The translations under genes were made by a program, and so were the position numbers. Below are positions 18,713-27,173 of a DNA stretch of 64,000 nucleotides, one piece after another. The notes beneath the pieces were generated by a model that did not search any database, was not told where the DNA came from, and saw nothing but the letters and a program-made list of their open reading frames with translations. Positions within the stretch are counted from its first letter, which is position 1. Each line of letters starts with the position of its first letter. The DNA is from Corallococcus sp. NCRR (GTDB taxonomy: Bacteria > Myxococcota > Myxococcia > Myxococcales > Myxococcaceae), in NCBI RefSeq assembly GCF_026965535.1, contig NZ_CP114039.1, positions 8,035,461-8,099,460 of the forward strand, read 5' to 3'.

Positions 18713-19603
18713 ATGTCTCGTCGCGGCAGCGGTCTCCCCACCCTCTTCGTGTCCCTGCTTCTCGTCGTGGGCTTCGCGTCGTCAGCCAATGCTGACACCT
18801 ACCAGACCTATGTGACGCCCACGGTCAATGGCTATCAGATTGGCACCTACCTGCCCAACCAGCCTACCGGGAACTTCAGCAGCGCCGCCGACACGGCCCG
18901 CCGCTTCTGTCAGGACAAGGGCCACAGCGGCGCGCAAAGCTTCACCACCGCCATCCGGGGCTCCGCGTACACGTACATCATTGGCACGAACGGCGTGGGC
19001 CCCTGGAACACGACCGGCAACTCCAACGTGACGATGATTGAAACCATCATCTGCTTCAACTCCAGCTCGGACGTCACGTACACGACGCCCACCGTCAACG
19101 GCTACCAGGTCGGCACCATCCAGCCCAGCTACCCGACCGGCAACTACAGCACGCCCGCCGACACCGCCCGCCGCTTCTGCGTGGACCAGGGCCACACTGG
19201 CGCTCGCACCTTCACCACAGCCATCCGTGGCTCCGCGTACACGTACATCGTCGGCACGAACGGCGTCGGCAACTGGAACACCACCGGCAACTCCAACGTG
19301 ACCATGCTGGAGACCATCACCTGCTTCAACGCGCCGGTCCTCACCTACGCGGTGCCGAAGGTGAACGGCTACCAGATCGGCACCATCCAGCCCAACTACC
19401 CCACCGGGAACTTCAGCACCCCGGCGGCGACCGCCCGCCGCTTCTGCCTGGACCAGGGCCACGTCGACGTGAGCAGCTTCACCACCGCCATCCGAGGCAC
19501 CGCCTACACGTACATCGTCGGCACGAACGGCGTCGGTAGCTGGAACACCACCGGCAACTCCAACGTGACGATGATCGAAACCGTCACCTGCATCACGCAG
19601 TAA
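18713..19603 (+). CDS. Secreted protein composed of three tandem ~87-aa repeats
   Basis: ATG at 18713 with GAGGAAAAAC RBS. Signal peptide. Repeats begin TPTVNGYQ.GT..P..PTGN.S..A.TARRFC.D.GH and end FTTAIRG.AYTYI.GTNGVG.WNTTGNSNVTM.ET..C. Confidence 0.7.
   Translation: MSRRGSGLPTLFVSLLLVVGFASSANADTYQTYVTPTVNGYQIGTYLPNQPTGNFSSAADTARRFCQDKGHSGAQSFTTAIRGSAYTYIIGTNGVGPWNTTGNSNVTMIETIICFNSSSDVTYTTPTVNGYQVGTIQPSYPTGNYSTPADTARRFCVDQGHTGARTFTTAIRGSAYTYIVGTNGVGNWNTTGNSNVTMLETITCFNAPVLTYAVPKVNGYQIGTIQPNYPTGNFSTPAATARRFCLDQGHVDVSSFTTAIRGTAYTYIVGTNGVGSWNTTGNSNVTMIETVTCITQ
18794..19600 (+). repeat. Three tandem direct repeats (~261 bp each) inside the CDS
   Basis: DNA-level identity is visible across the units, e.g. 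CCGCCCGCCGCTTCTG and GGCACGAACGGCGT(G/C)GG recur three times. Unit boundaries are approximate. Confidence 0.7.
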
Positions 19604-19657
19604 CCGGCCGTCCGGACCGGGGCTCAGCGCGGCCCCGGTCCACGGGATGTCTTCCTG

Positions 19658-20515
19658 ATGCACGCGGCGGTGGAGTGGGCCAGGATGCGGCCCATGTCCA
19701 ACCTCCAAGGCAAGACCCTCTTCATCACCGGCGCCAGCCGCGGCATCGGCAAGGCCATCGCGCTGCGCGCGGCCCGCGACGGCGCCAACATCGTCATCGC
19801 CGCGAAGACGACCGACCCGCACCCCAAGCTGCCCGGCACCATCTACTCGGCGGCGAAGGAGATCGAAGAGGCCGGCGGCAAGGCGCTCCCGTGCGTGGTG
19901 GACATCCGCGACGAGGCGCAGATCCACGCCGCCGTCGCCAAGGCCGTGGAGACCTTCGGCGGCATCGACATCCTGGTGAACAACGCCAGCGCCATCAGCC
20001 TCACCGGCACGCTGGACACGCCGCTCAAGCGCTTCGACCTGATGCACGGCATCAACACGCGCGGCACCTTCGCGTGCTCACAGGCGTGCATCCCGTACCT
20101 CAAGAAGTCCTCCAACCCGCACATCCTCAACAACTCGCCGCCGCTCAACATGGAGCCGCGCTGGTTCGGCCCCCACGTGGCCTACACCATCGCGAAGTAC
20201 GGCATGAGCCTGTGCGCGCTGGGCATGGCGGAGGAGCTCAAGGACGACGGCATCGCCGTCAACACGCTGTGGCCCCGCACCGTCATCGCCACCGCCGCCG
20301 TGCAGAACCTGCTGGGTGGCGACGACACCATCAAGGGCAGCCGCAAGCCGGAGATCATGGCGGACGCCGCGTACGCCATCCTCACCAGGCCCAGCCGCTC
20401 CTTCACCGGCAACTTCTGCATCGACGATGAAGTGCTGCGCGCCGCTGGCGTCACGAACTTCGACAAGTACCAGTCCGTCCCCGGCGCGGAGCTCCTGCCC
20501 GACTTCTTCCTCTAG
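19658..20515 (+). CDS. Short-chain dehydrogenase/reductase (SDR) family oxidoreductase
   Basis: TGASRGIGKA cofactor motif and YTIAKYG catalytic Tyr-x3-Lys. The true start may be the ATG at 19694 (MSNLQGK). Confidence 0.85.
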   Translation: MHAAVEWARMRPMSNLQGKTLFITGASRGIGKAIALRAARDGANIVIAAKTTDPHPKLPGTIYSAAKEIEEAGGKALPCVVDIRDEAQIHAAVAKAVETFGGIDILVNNASAISLTGTLDTPLKRFDLMHGINTRGTFACSQACIPYLKKSSNPHILNNSPPLNMEPRWFGPHVAYTIAKYGMSLCALGMAEELKDDGIAVNTLWPRTVIATAAVQNLLGGDDTIKGSRKPEIMADAAYAILTRPSRSFTGNFCIDDEVLRAAGVTNFDKYQSVPGAELLPDFFL

Positions 20516-20533
20516 TCGCGCGCGCAAAGCCCC

Positions 20534-21454
20534 ATGCCCCCGCGCAAGCTCCAGCGACACCTGGTCTGGCTCGAGTCCTTCACCGCCGCCGTGGAGGCCG
20601 GCAGCATCGACGCCGCCGCGGAGCACCTGGGCGTCGCCCGCTCCGTCGTGAGCGAGCACATCCGCGCCCTGGAGGAAGTGCTCGCGGATGGCGCCGCCCT
20701 GCTGGAGCGGGGGCCGGGCCGGCGCCTGCAACTGTCCGCGCGGGGAGAGCGCCTCTACGCGGGCACCCAGACGCCGCTGCATCAGCTGGACATGAAGCGG
20801 CTGATGGACCTGGCCCGCGTGGAGCCCACCCTGCGCCTGGGCCTCAACCCCACGCTGTCCATGACGCTGTTGGGCGGCATCGCGCAGGACGCCGCCGCCG
20901 CCGACCTCAAGCTGGTGGTGGGCTTCGGCGGCTCGCACGAGCTCATGCGGCAGGTGCAGACGCGGCAGCAGGACCTGGCGCTCGACTTCACCCCGCTGCC
21001 CCCGCACGAAGGCGTGGACACCGAGTCCCTGCTGCGCATGTCCTTCGTCGTCATCGCGGGCCCGGACTCCGCGCTCGCGCGGACGCACGCCTCCCGCCGC
21101 GCCCTGGACGTAAAGGACCTCCAGGATCAGCGCTTCGTGGACTGGCTGCGGGACGACCCCTACGGCGGCGCCAACAGCGCCCGCTTCGCCGCGCACGGCG
21201 TCTCCGTCACGGAGGTGGGCCGCGTGGAGAGCTTCCTCCACCTGTACGAACTGCTGCGCGCCTACAAGGCCTGCACCATCGCCCCGGACGTGCGCCCCAC
21301 CCAGCCGTTTCCCCCCGACCTCCACGTCTGGCCCCTGCGCGAACAGGAGCCCCAGGTCGTGGAGGTGGTGGCCGTCTGGCCCTCCGGAGGCCTCAGCCCC
21401 GCCGTCCAATCCATCCTTGACGGGGTGCGGCGCCGTCTGAATAAACGACGATAA
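20534..21454 (+). CDS. LysR-family transcriptional regulator
   Basis: N-terminal HTH (LESFTAAVEAGSIDAAAEHLGVARSVVSEHIRALE) followed by a substrate-binding domain. Confidence 0.85.
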   Translation: MPPRKLQRHLVWLESFTAAVEAGSIDAAAEHLGVARSVVSEHIRALEEVLADGAALLERGPGRRLQLSARGERLYAGTQTPLHQLDMKRLMDLARVEPTLRLGLNPTLSMTLLGGIAQDAAAADLKLVVGFGGSHELMRQVQTRQQDLALDFTPLPPHEGVDTESLLRMSFVVIAGPDSALARTHASRRALDVKDLQDQRFVDWLRDDPYGGANSARFAAHGVSVTEVGRVESFLHLYELLRAYKACTIAPDVRPTQPFPPDLHVWPLREQEPQVVEVVAVWPSGGLSPAVQSILDGVRRRLNKRR

Positions 21455-21474
21455 TTCGACGAAGACGTCGAATT
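21453..21474. promoter_or_regulatory. Perfect 9-bp inverted repeat AATTCGACG-AAGA-CGTCGAATT in an AT-rich intergenic island
   Basis: Read directly from the sequence. It overlaps the LysR stop codon and lies ~75 bp upstream of the hydroxylase start. Candidate LTTR-type operator. Confidence 0.5.
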
Positions 21475-21547
21475 CTGCCGGATTTCCGTCTTGCAGTGCG
21501 GTGCGTATTCTTCAGGAGTCCTGTTTCTCCTGAAGGAGCCGCTCGCG

Positions 21548-23143
21548 ATGACGCCCACGGAACGGACCATTGCCCGCCTTCCCGCCCACCTGCGCCGCTA
21601 CGTGGTGAGCCAGGACTACGCGGCGTACACGCCCCGCGACCAGGCGGTGTGGCGGCACATCCTGGGGCAGCTGCGCGAGCACCTGAGCGACAAGGCGCAC
21701 CCCGTCTATCTGGAGGGCCTGGAGGCCACGGGCATTGGCGCGGAGGCCATCCCCAGCCTGGACGAGATGAACGAGAAGCTGTCCAAGCTGGGCTGGGCCT
21801 GCGTGGCGGTGCGCGGCTTCATCCCGCCGGCCGTCTTCACGGAGCTGCAGGCGCTGGGCGTGCTGGCCATCGCGGCGGACATCCGCACGCACGAGCACAT
21901 CCAGTACACGCCCGCGCCGGACATCGTCCATGAGAGCGCGGGCCACGCGCCCATCATCGCGAACGCCCGGTATGCCCAGTACCTCAAGTCCGTGGGGCTG
22001 GTGGGCTTCAAGGCCATCGCGAGCGTGGAGGACCAGGCCGTCTTCGAGGCCATCCGCAACCTCTCCGTGGTGAAGGAGGACCCCACCGCGACGGAAGAGG
22101 AGATCGCCCACGCCCAGGCCCGCCTGGAGGCCGCCAACGCCAGCCACCGCTACATCAGCGAGAGCACCCGCGCGAGCCGCCTGTACTGGTGGACCGCGGA
22201 GTACGGCCTCATTGGCGACCTGAAGCACCCGCGCATCTACGGCGCGGGCCTGCTGTCCAGCATCGGCGAGGCAAAGCACTGCCTGACGTCCGCCGTGCAC
22301 AAGCTGCCCCTGGGCGTGGCGTGCGCGGACACGGACTACGACATCACCCGCATGCAGCCGCAGCTCTTCGTGGCGCGCGACTTTGAACACCTCTTCGAAG
22401 TGCTGGCGGAGTTCGAGTCCACGCTCGCGTGGAAGCGCGGCGGGGACCATGGCCTGAACGAGGCGCTGCGCGCGCGCACGGTCAACCACCTGGTGCTCGC
22501 GGACGGCCGCGAGGTGACGGGCAAGGTGGTGGAGCTGCTGCCCGCGGCGAAGGACGTGGTCCCGGGCCTGGCCACCGCGCTGGCCCGGCTGGAGGGCCCC
22601 ATCCTCACGTCCGTGAACGGGCACGCGCTGGACAAGCCGTTCAGCGGCGCGGCGCTGGTGGCCTTTGGCCAGGGCACCCTGCCGGAGCGCGGGAGCTTCC
22701 AGCTCACGCTCGACAGCGGGCTGGTGCTGGAGGGCTTCGCGGTGGGCGGCGGCGAGGTGATTGGCCTGCGCGGCACGCTGGCCGGCCGCGAGCTGACGCT
22801 GCCGTCCATGGCGCGCCTGTACCTGACGGAGCGGCTGCCGTCCGTGGCGGGCGGCCCCGCCGACCCGGGCACGTGGGACGAGTGGTTCGGGGAGATGGAC
22901 GCCTTCACCGCGGGCGACGGCGAGGCCCAGGCGCGCGAGCGCAAGGCACAGGCCCTGCCCCCGTCGCTGGCGGCCCTCTACACGGAGGTGCGCCGCATCC
23001 GCGAGACGGGGCAACTGACCCCGGAGCGGCTGGAGCAGATCGCCCGCGCGTCCACGGACTTCCCGACCGACTGGCTCCTGCGCGCGGAGGTCGCGGAGCT
23101 GCGCGGAGAGGTGCCCTCCCGGCGCGAGGCGGCGCACGCGTAG
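21548..23143 (+). CDS. Aromatic amino acid hydroxylase (biopterin-dependent, PAH-like) catalytic domain with ~250-aa C-terminal extension
   Basis: Iron-ligand motif PDIVHESAGHAPII (H-x4-H) and YWWTAEYGLIG (the Glu ligand), as in the PAH/TyrH/TrpH family. 531 aa versus ~270-300 aa for typical bacterial PhhA. Confidence 0.75.
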   Translation: MTPTERTIARLPAHLRRYVVSQDYAAYTPRDQAVWRHILGQLREHLSDKAHPVYLEGLEATGIGAEAIPSLDEMNEKLSKLGWACVAVRGFIPPAVFTELQALGVLAIAADIRTHEHIQYTPAPDIVHESAGHAPIIANARYAQYLKSVGLVGFKAIASVEDQAVFEAIRNLSVVKEDPTATEEEIAHAQARLEAANASHRYISESTRASRLYWWTAEYGLIGDLKHPRIYGAGLLSSIGEAKHCLTSAVHKLPLGVACADTDYDITRMQPQLFVARDFEHLFEVLAEFESTLAWKRGGDHGLNEALRARTVNHLVLADGREVTGKVVELLPAAKDVVPGLATALARLEGPILTSVNGHALDKPFSGAALVAFGQGTLPERGSFQLTLDSGLVLEGFAVGGGEVIGLRGTLAGRELTLPSMARLYLTERLPSVAGGPADPGTWDEWFGEMDAFTAGDGEAQARERKAQALPPSLAALYTEVRRIRETGQLTPERLEQIARASTDFPTDWLLRAEVAELRGEVPSRREAAHA

Positions 23144-23227
23144 GACCCACTTGCGGGTCCCCGCGCGCTCGCACAGCGGACGCTCCATCAGCAGCTGTCA
23201 GCTCAACGCGGGCATCACGCGGAGCGC

Positions 23228-24205
23228 TCAGCCGGTGATGTCGCAGCGTCCCCGCTTGATGTCGTGGTCCGACTCGGTCGACTGGACCGCCACCACGCCG
23301 CCGGACAGCGTGGCGTTGGCGCAGGTCTGCCGGTTGAAGAACACGTAGTCCAGCTTCGCGTTCCCCTTGGTGGGCTGCATGTCGCGGCAGGCGCCATCCG
23401 GGCAGTACTCCCCGTCCGTCTGGTCCGCCTCCCGGAACTCGCCCAGGCCGGTATGCGATCCGCCCCGCGTCAGCCGGTAGATGTTGTCCATGTGCGCGGA
23501 CGCCGGCCCGATGTTGAAGTCGCCCGTCAGAACCACGATCTTCGACGCGACATGCGGGTCGGTCAGCGCCTTGATGGCCTCGAGCTGCCGCCGCTTCCCG
23601 CTCAGGTCAGGGTCGTTCTCCGCCACGGCCAGGTGCGTGTTGCACGCGCGGACCGTCTTCGTGAAGCCGGCCATCACGAACTCCCCGCACTGGAGGGTGA
23701 AGTGCTTATCGCCGTCCACGAACGGAAGATCCGCGACCTTGTATTGGGTCAGGGTGCCCTTGACCATGAGCACCTGGCCCTGATGGTACGGCTCTTGGCC
23801 CTCGACGGTGCCAAAGGTGCAGGACGGGTGCGGCTTCGCCACTGAGTTCGGGTCGGAGACCGGCCCGGTGCGCCGCAGCGACTCAAACCGCAGACTCCAA
23901 CCCTGCGGTTCGTAGGTCTTCTTCAGGTCGTCGAACTGCTTCCAGCCGACCTCCTGAAGGCCGACCACGTGGGGCTTCCAGGTGTCGATCTGGTTCTTGA
24001 TCGAAGTGAGGAAGGCGGGATCCCCGGCGTGGCCGCCCGGACAGCCTTCGACGTTATGGCTGATGACCCGCATTGGCTGGGTGGCCGCCAACGCGGCCGC
24101 CGCGCGAGCGGTTCGAGGCTCGAACGTTTCGTCATCCGTGGTTCCGCAGGCGGTGAGCGCACACGTCGTCATCATCAGCGACACCTTCAGCGCCTTCATT
24201 GTCAT
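23228..24205 (-). CDS. Endonuclease/exonuclease/phosphatase (EEP) family lipoprotein
   Basis: Lipoprotein signal (MMTTCALTAC), VVGLQEV motif and a C-terminal SDHD motif. Confidence 0.75.
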   Translation of the reverse strand: MTMKALKVSLMMTTCALTACGTTDDETFEPRTARAAAALAATQPMRVISHNVEGCPGGHAGDPAFLTSIKNQIDTWKPHVVGLQEVGWKQFDDLKKTYEPQGWSLRFESLRRTGPVSDPNSVAKPHPSCTFGTVEGQEPYHQGQVLMVKGTLTQYKVADLPFVDGDKHFTLQCGEFVMAGFTKTVRACNTHLAVAENDPDLSGKRRQLEAIKALTDPHVASKIVVLTGDFNIGPASAHMDNIYRLTRGGSHTGLGEFREADQTDGEYCPDGACRDMQPTKGNAKLDYVFFNRQTCANATLSGGVVAVQSTESDHDIKRGRCDITG

Positions 24206-24321
24206 TCTACCTCTTTCGCCGGTTGAACGGCCTGGCGGTAGAGCGACTTTACCCGACTAATCTGACTTCGAAGGGTGGAGGCTCCTGGGGTTGTCCGGCG
24301 GGTTGCCAGACAAGCATGGCG

Positions 24322-25170
24322 TCATCCGTTGATTCGCACCATCGCGACGTCGTAGCGGCGCTCCGTCACACTCCCTGTGGCGGCCTTGCCGGGGCGGGAC
24401 ATCTTCCCGGTCTTCTCATCCACGTAGAAGCGGTTGTTCGGGTTCGTGTCCTTGCCCTTGCTCTCGTGGCTCGTCCCAGGATCGTGGAAGGTGTAATAGG
24501 TGCGGCCCTTCTCGTCGACGCCGCGGCCCGTGATGGTCACGAAGTGGTCTGTCAGGTGATCCACGTTGTAGTTGGAGTCCTTGTGGCTGACGCCCACGAC
24601 CACCGGCTTGCCGGCGCCCAGTTGCTGGTCGATGTACTTGCGGCCCTCGGCGGCCTTCTTCGAATCCACCGTGAGCGCGCCGACACGGTTCTCGCTTCGC
24701 CCCACCTGGATGAGGTGTTTCGAGTCCTGGACGGTCACGCCCTTCGCGCCCGCCATCGCCTTCGCTGCGTCGAAGCACGCCGTGCCACTGGGCGTGTAAC
24801 CGTGGCCGCCCTTGAACTGGCTGTAATACGGCACCTTCACGTGCACCGCCCGGCCTGGTTTGGCGGGGTCCGCGTGAGGCGTGTCCACGGGGGGCCGCGT
24901 CCTGTTGGCCCCTTGCGCCGTGGCGGCGCCTGGATGAAGCCCACGCCCCGCCTGGACAAAGGCATCGACGATGCCCTGTCCGCCCGCCGCGGCCCTACGA
25001 ACATCCTTCGAATCGAAGCCGTCCCCGAGCCGCAGGCGCTGTCCTGCCTGGATCTTGTTCGGGTCCTGGATGTTGTTCGCCTTGGCCAGCGCATCCACCG
25101 TGGTGTGATGCCGCTTCGCAAGGACAGACAGCGAGTCACCCGGACGGACGTGAATCCCAGGAACCTTCAT
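24322..25170 (-). CDS. LysM-domain protein with C-terminal Peptidase_C39_2-like (YvpB/BtrH-like) cysteine-peptidase domain
   Basis: N-terminal LysM (GDSLSVLAKRHHTTVDALAKANNIQDPNKIQAGQRLRL). C-terminal domain VPYYSQF..GHGY...TACF.AA.AMA ... DHFVTITG, with a putative Gln-Cys...His catalytic arrangement. No signal peptide seen. Confidence 0.6.
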   Translation of the reverse strand: MKVPGIHVRPGDSLSVLAKRHHTTVDALAKANNIQDPNKIQAGQRLRLGDGFDSKDVRRAAAGGQGIVDAFVQAGRGLHPGAATAQGANRTRPPVDTPHADPAKPGRAVHVKVPYYSQFKGGHGYTPSGTACFDAAKAMAGAKGVTVQDSKHLIQVGRSENRVGALTVDSKKAAEGRKYIDQQLGAGKPVVVGVSHKDSNYNVDHLTDHFVTITGRGVDEKGRTYYTFHDPGTSHESKGKDTNPNNRFYVDEKTGKMSRPGKAATGSVTERRYDVAMVRING

Positions 25171-25379
25171 GGAGCCTCCCTGCCAGGTCAGTCGCTCAAG
25201 TGGCGAAACCCATCACTGGCTCCCCTTCAACGCGCGTCAGCCCAGCGTGTTTGCGACTCACGGCGCGCTCTGGCCAGACCTGTCGGGAAACGCACTGGGG
25301 ACCAACGCACGACGGCCCGGTCGACCTCTTCACGAGGCCGCCGGGCCGAGCACTTCCGGGGGAACGCTTCCGCCGGGGA

Positions 25380-27014
25380 CTACTTGTTGATGCGCACCAT
25401 GGCCACGTCGTAGTGGCGGTCCGTCACGTAGCCGTTCGCGGCCTTGCCGGGGCGGTACATGTTCCCGGTCTTGTCATCCACGTAGAAGCGGTTGTTCGGG
25501 TTCGTGTCCTTGCCCTTGCTGGCGTTGGTCGTGCCCGGGTCGTGGAACGTGTAGTAGGTGCGGCCCTTGTCGTCGACGCCGCGGCCCGTGATGGTCACGA
25601 AGTGGTCCGTGAGGCCGTCCACGTTGTAGTTCGAGTCCTTGTGGCTGACGCCCACGACCACCGGCTTGCCGGCGTCCAGCTGCTTGTCGATGTAGTTGCG
25701 GCCCTCGGCGGCCTTCTTCGAGTCCACCTTCAGCGCGCCAACCCCGTTCTCGCTCTTGCCCACCTGGATGCGGCGGTCCGGGCCCAGCACCGTGGCGCCA
25801 GAGTCGCGCGCCATCGCCGTCGCTGCCTTGAAGCACGCCGTGTCGCTCGCGGTGTAGCCGTGGCCGTTCTCGAACTGGCTGTAGTACGGCACCTTCACGT
25901 GCACCGCCGGCTTGTCCTTGGCCCCGGCCACCTGCTGCGTGTCCGTGCGGTCCGCCTCCGTGGTGGGCTTGGACGTGTTCGTGCCCTTGCCTTCCGCGCG
26001 GCCCGGCTTCGAGTCGCCGCTCACGGACGGGGGAACCACGCCCGTGTTGCTGTTGGCCGGCTTCGTCGTGGCGCCCGACTTCTCCTGCTTCAGCATCGCG
26101 AGCGCGTCCTTCGCCTCCGACTTGAAGCGGTTGGCCACGCCCTTCTGCACGTCCTTGGAGCTGCCGGAGAAGTGCACCAGGGTGCCGTTCGCGTTGGTGC
26201 GGCCGCGCTCGGCGTAGATGTCCTTGATGAGCTGCTCGTCGCTCACCTTCGCGGGGTCGCGGCCGTTGAGCGCCTTCTTGAAGATGTCATCCGCCTTGCC
26301 CGGGCCGTGCTGCACGGAGGTGGACCAGGCCACGTCCCGCAGCGCCGCGGAGCGCTGATCCAGGTCGATGCCCGTCGCCTTCTTGATGTTGGCGGCGCCC
26401 ACGTCGTAGTGCGTGGCCTTGATGTAGTCGTGCTGCGCCTTGTCGAAGCCCTTGGGGTCCTTGGCCGCCAGCTGCTTCCACGCGGCGGAGAACTCCGCGG
26501 TGCCCGGCTTGCTGCCCGACAGCGCCTTGTGGAACTCCGGGTTCGTCTTCTTCAGCGAGTTGACGAAGGACTGCGCGGAGCCGTTCGCGGAGGCGAACTG
26601 GTAGGAGCCGTAGGACACGCCGCCCTTGTCGCCCTTGCCCGTGGACACGGTGCCGGGGCCGCGCGCCTCGTACTTGCGGCTCAGCCCGCCCAGCTCTCCG
26701 TTCGTCGCGCTGCTGGAGGCCGTGTTCTTCGCGGGCGTCGTCGCCTTCGCGCCGTCCGTGGCCTGCGTGAAGCTGTCACCCGAGGTCTTCGTCCCCACGC
26801 TCGACTTCGAGGTGCCCTTCGTGTCGAAGCCGTCCTGCACCTTCAGCGTCTTGCCGGCCTGGATCTTGTTCGGATCCTGGATGTTGTTCGCCTTGGCCAG
26901 CGCATCGACGGTGGTGTTGTAGCGCTTCGCGAGGCCGGAAAGCGTGTCACCCGACTGGATGCGAACGTTGGAGACGGTCACGGAGAAGACCCCTCTATGT
27001 CTGGCCGCGAACAA
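25380..27014 (-). CDS. LysM-domain protein, longer paralogue with extra ~190-aa central domain and the same C39-like C-terminal domain
   Basis: The C-terminal 190 aa are ~80% identical to the preceding gene, with long identical DNA stretches (e.g. GTAGAAGCGGTTGTTCGGGTTCGTGTCCTTGCCCTTGCT at ~24425 and ~25482). LysM N-terminus. The central domain (GVSYGSYQFASANGS...) is of unknown family. Confidence 0.6.
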   Translation of the reverse strand: MFAARHRGVFSVTVSNVRIQSGDTLSGLAKRYNTTVDALAKANNIQDPNKIQAGKTLKVQDGFDTKGTSKSSVGTKTSGDSFTQATDGAKATTPAKNTASSSATNGELGGLSRKYEARGPGTVSTGKGDKGGVSYGSYQFASANGSAQSFVNSLKKTNPEFHKALSGSKPGTAEFSAAWKQLAAKDPKGFDKAQHDYIKATHYDVGAANIKKATGIDLDQRSAALRDVAWSTSVQHGPGKADDIFKKALNGRDPAKVSDEQLIKDIYAERGRTNANGTLVHFSGSSKDVQKGVANRFKSEAKDALAMLKQEKSGATTKPANSNTGVVPPSVSGDSKPGRAEGKGTNTSKPTTEADRTDTQQVAGAKDKPAVHVKVPYYSQFENGHGYTASDTACFKAATAMARDSGATVLGPDRRIQVGKSENGVGALKVDSKKAAEGRNYIDKQLDAGKPVVVGVSHKDSNYNVDGLTDHFVTITGRGVDDKGRTYYTFHDPGTTNASKGKDTNPNNRFYVDDKTGNMYRPGKAANGYVTDRHYDVAMVRINK

Positions 27015-27113
27015 AGGCCCGCGGACGTGCTTGGATTGCCACGATTATCGAAAGGCAATGCGAGCAGTTTCGCATTCCCAGTCACAATCGCGTGAAACCA
27101 GCGATTCCGGCAA

Positions 27114-27149
27114 CTTCAGTTTCAGCGGATCGATCCGCCGAGACTGAAG
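27114..27149 (+). promoter_or_regulatory. Nested palindromic hairpin in 5' leader (CTTCAGT..GCGGATCGATCCGC..ACTGAAG)
   Basis: Perfect 14-bp palindrome GCGGATCGATCCGC flanked by 7-bp inverted arms. It ends ~10 nt before the AGGAGG RBS of the 27174 gene. Confidence 0.4.
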
Positions 27150-27173
27150 AAGCTGCCCAGGAGGCCCAACCGG

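Noticed and set aside
20078-21409. 443-aa minus-strand ORF
   Set aside because: Antisense to the SDR and LysR genes. G/A/R-rich with no motifs.
23147-23164. Hairpin GGACCC-ACTTGC-GGGTCC between convergent hydroxylase and EEP genes
   Set aside because: Short 6-bp stem with no flanking T-tract on either strand. It may be a weak bidirectional terminator, but evidence is insufficient to list it as a feature.
21512-23188. 558-aa minus-strand ORF
   Set aside because: Antisense to the aromatic amino acid hydroxylase gene, which has unambiguous iron-ligand motifs.
25200-27095. 631-aa plus-strand ORF (and 24199..25413)
   Set aside because: Antisense to the two LysM/peptidase genes. R/A/V/L-rich with no motifs.
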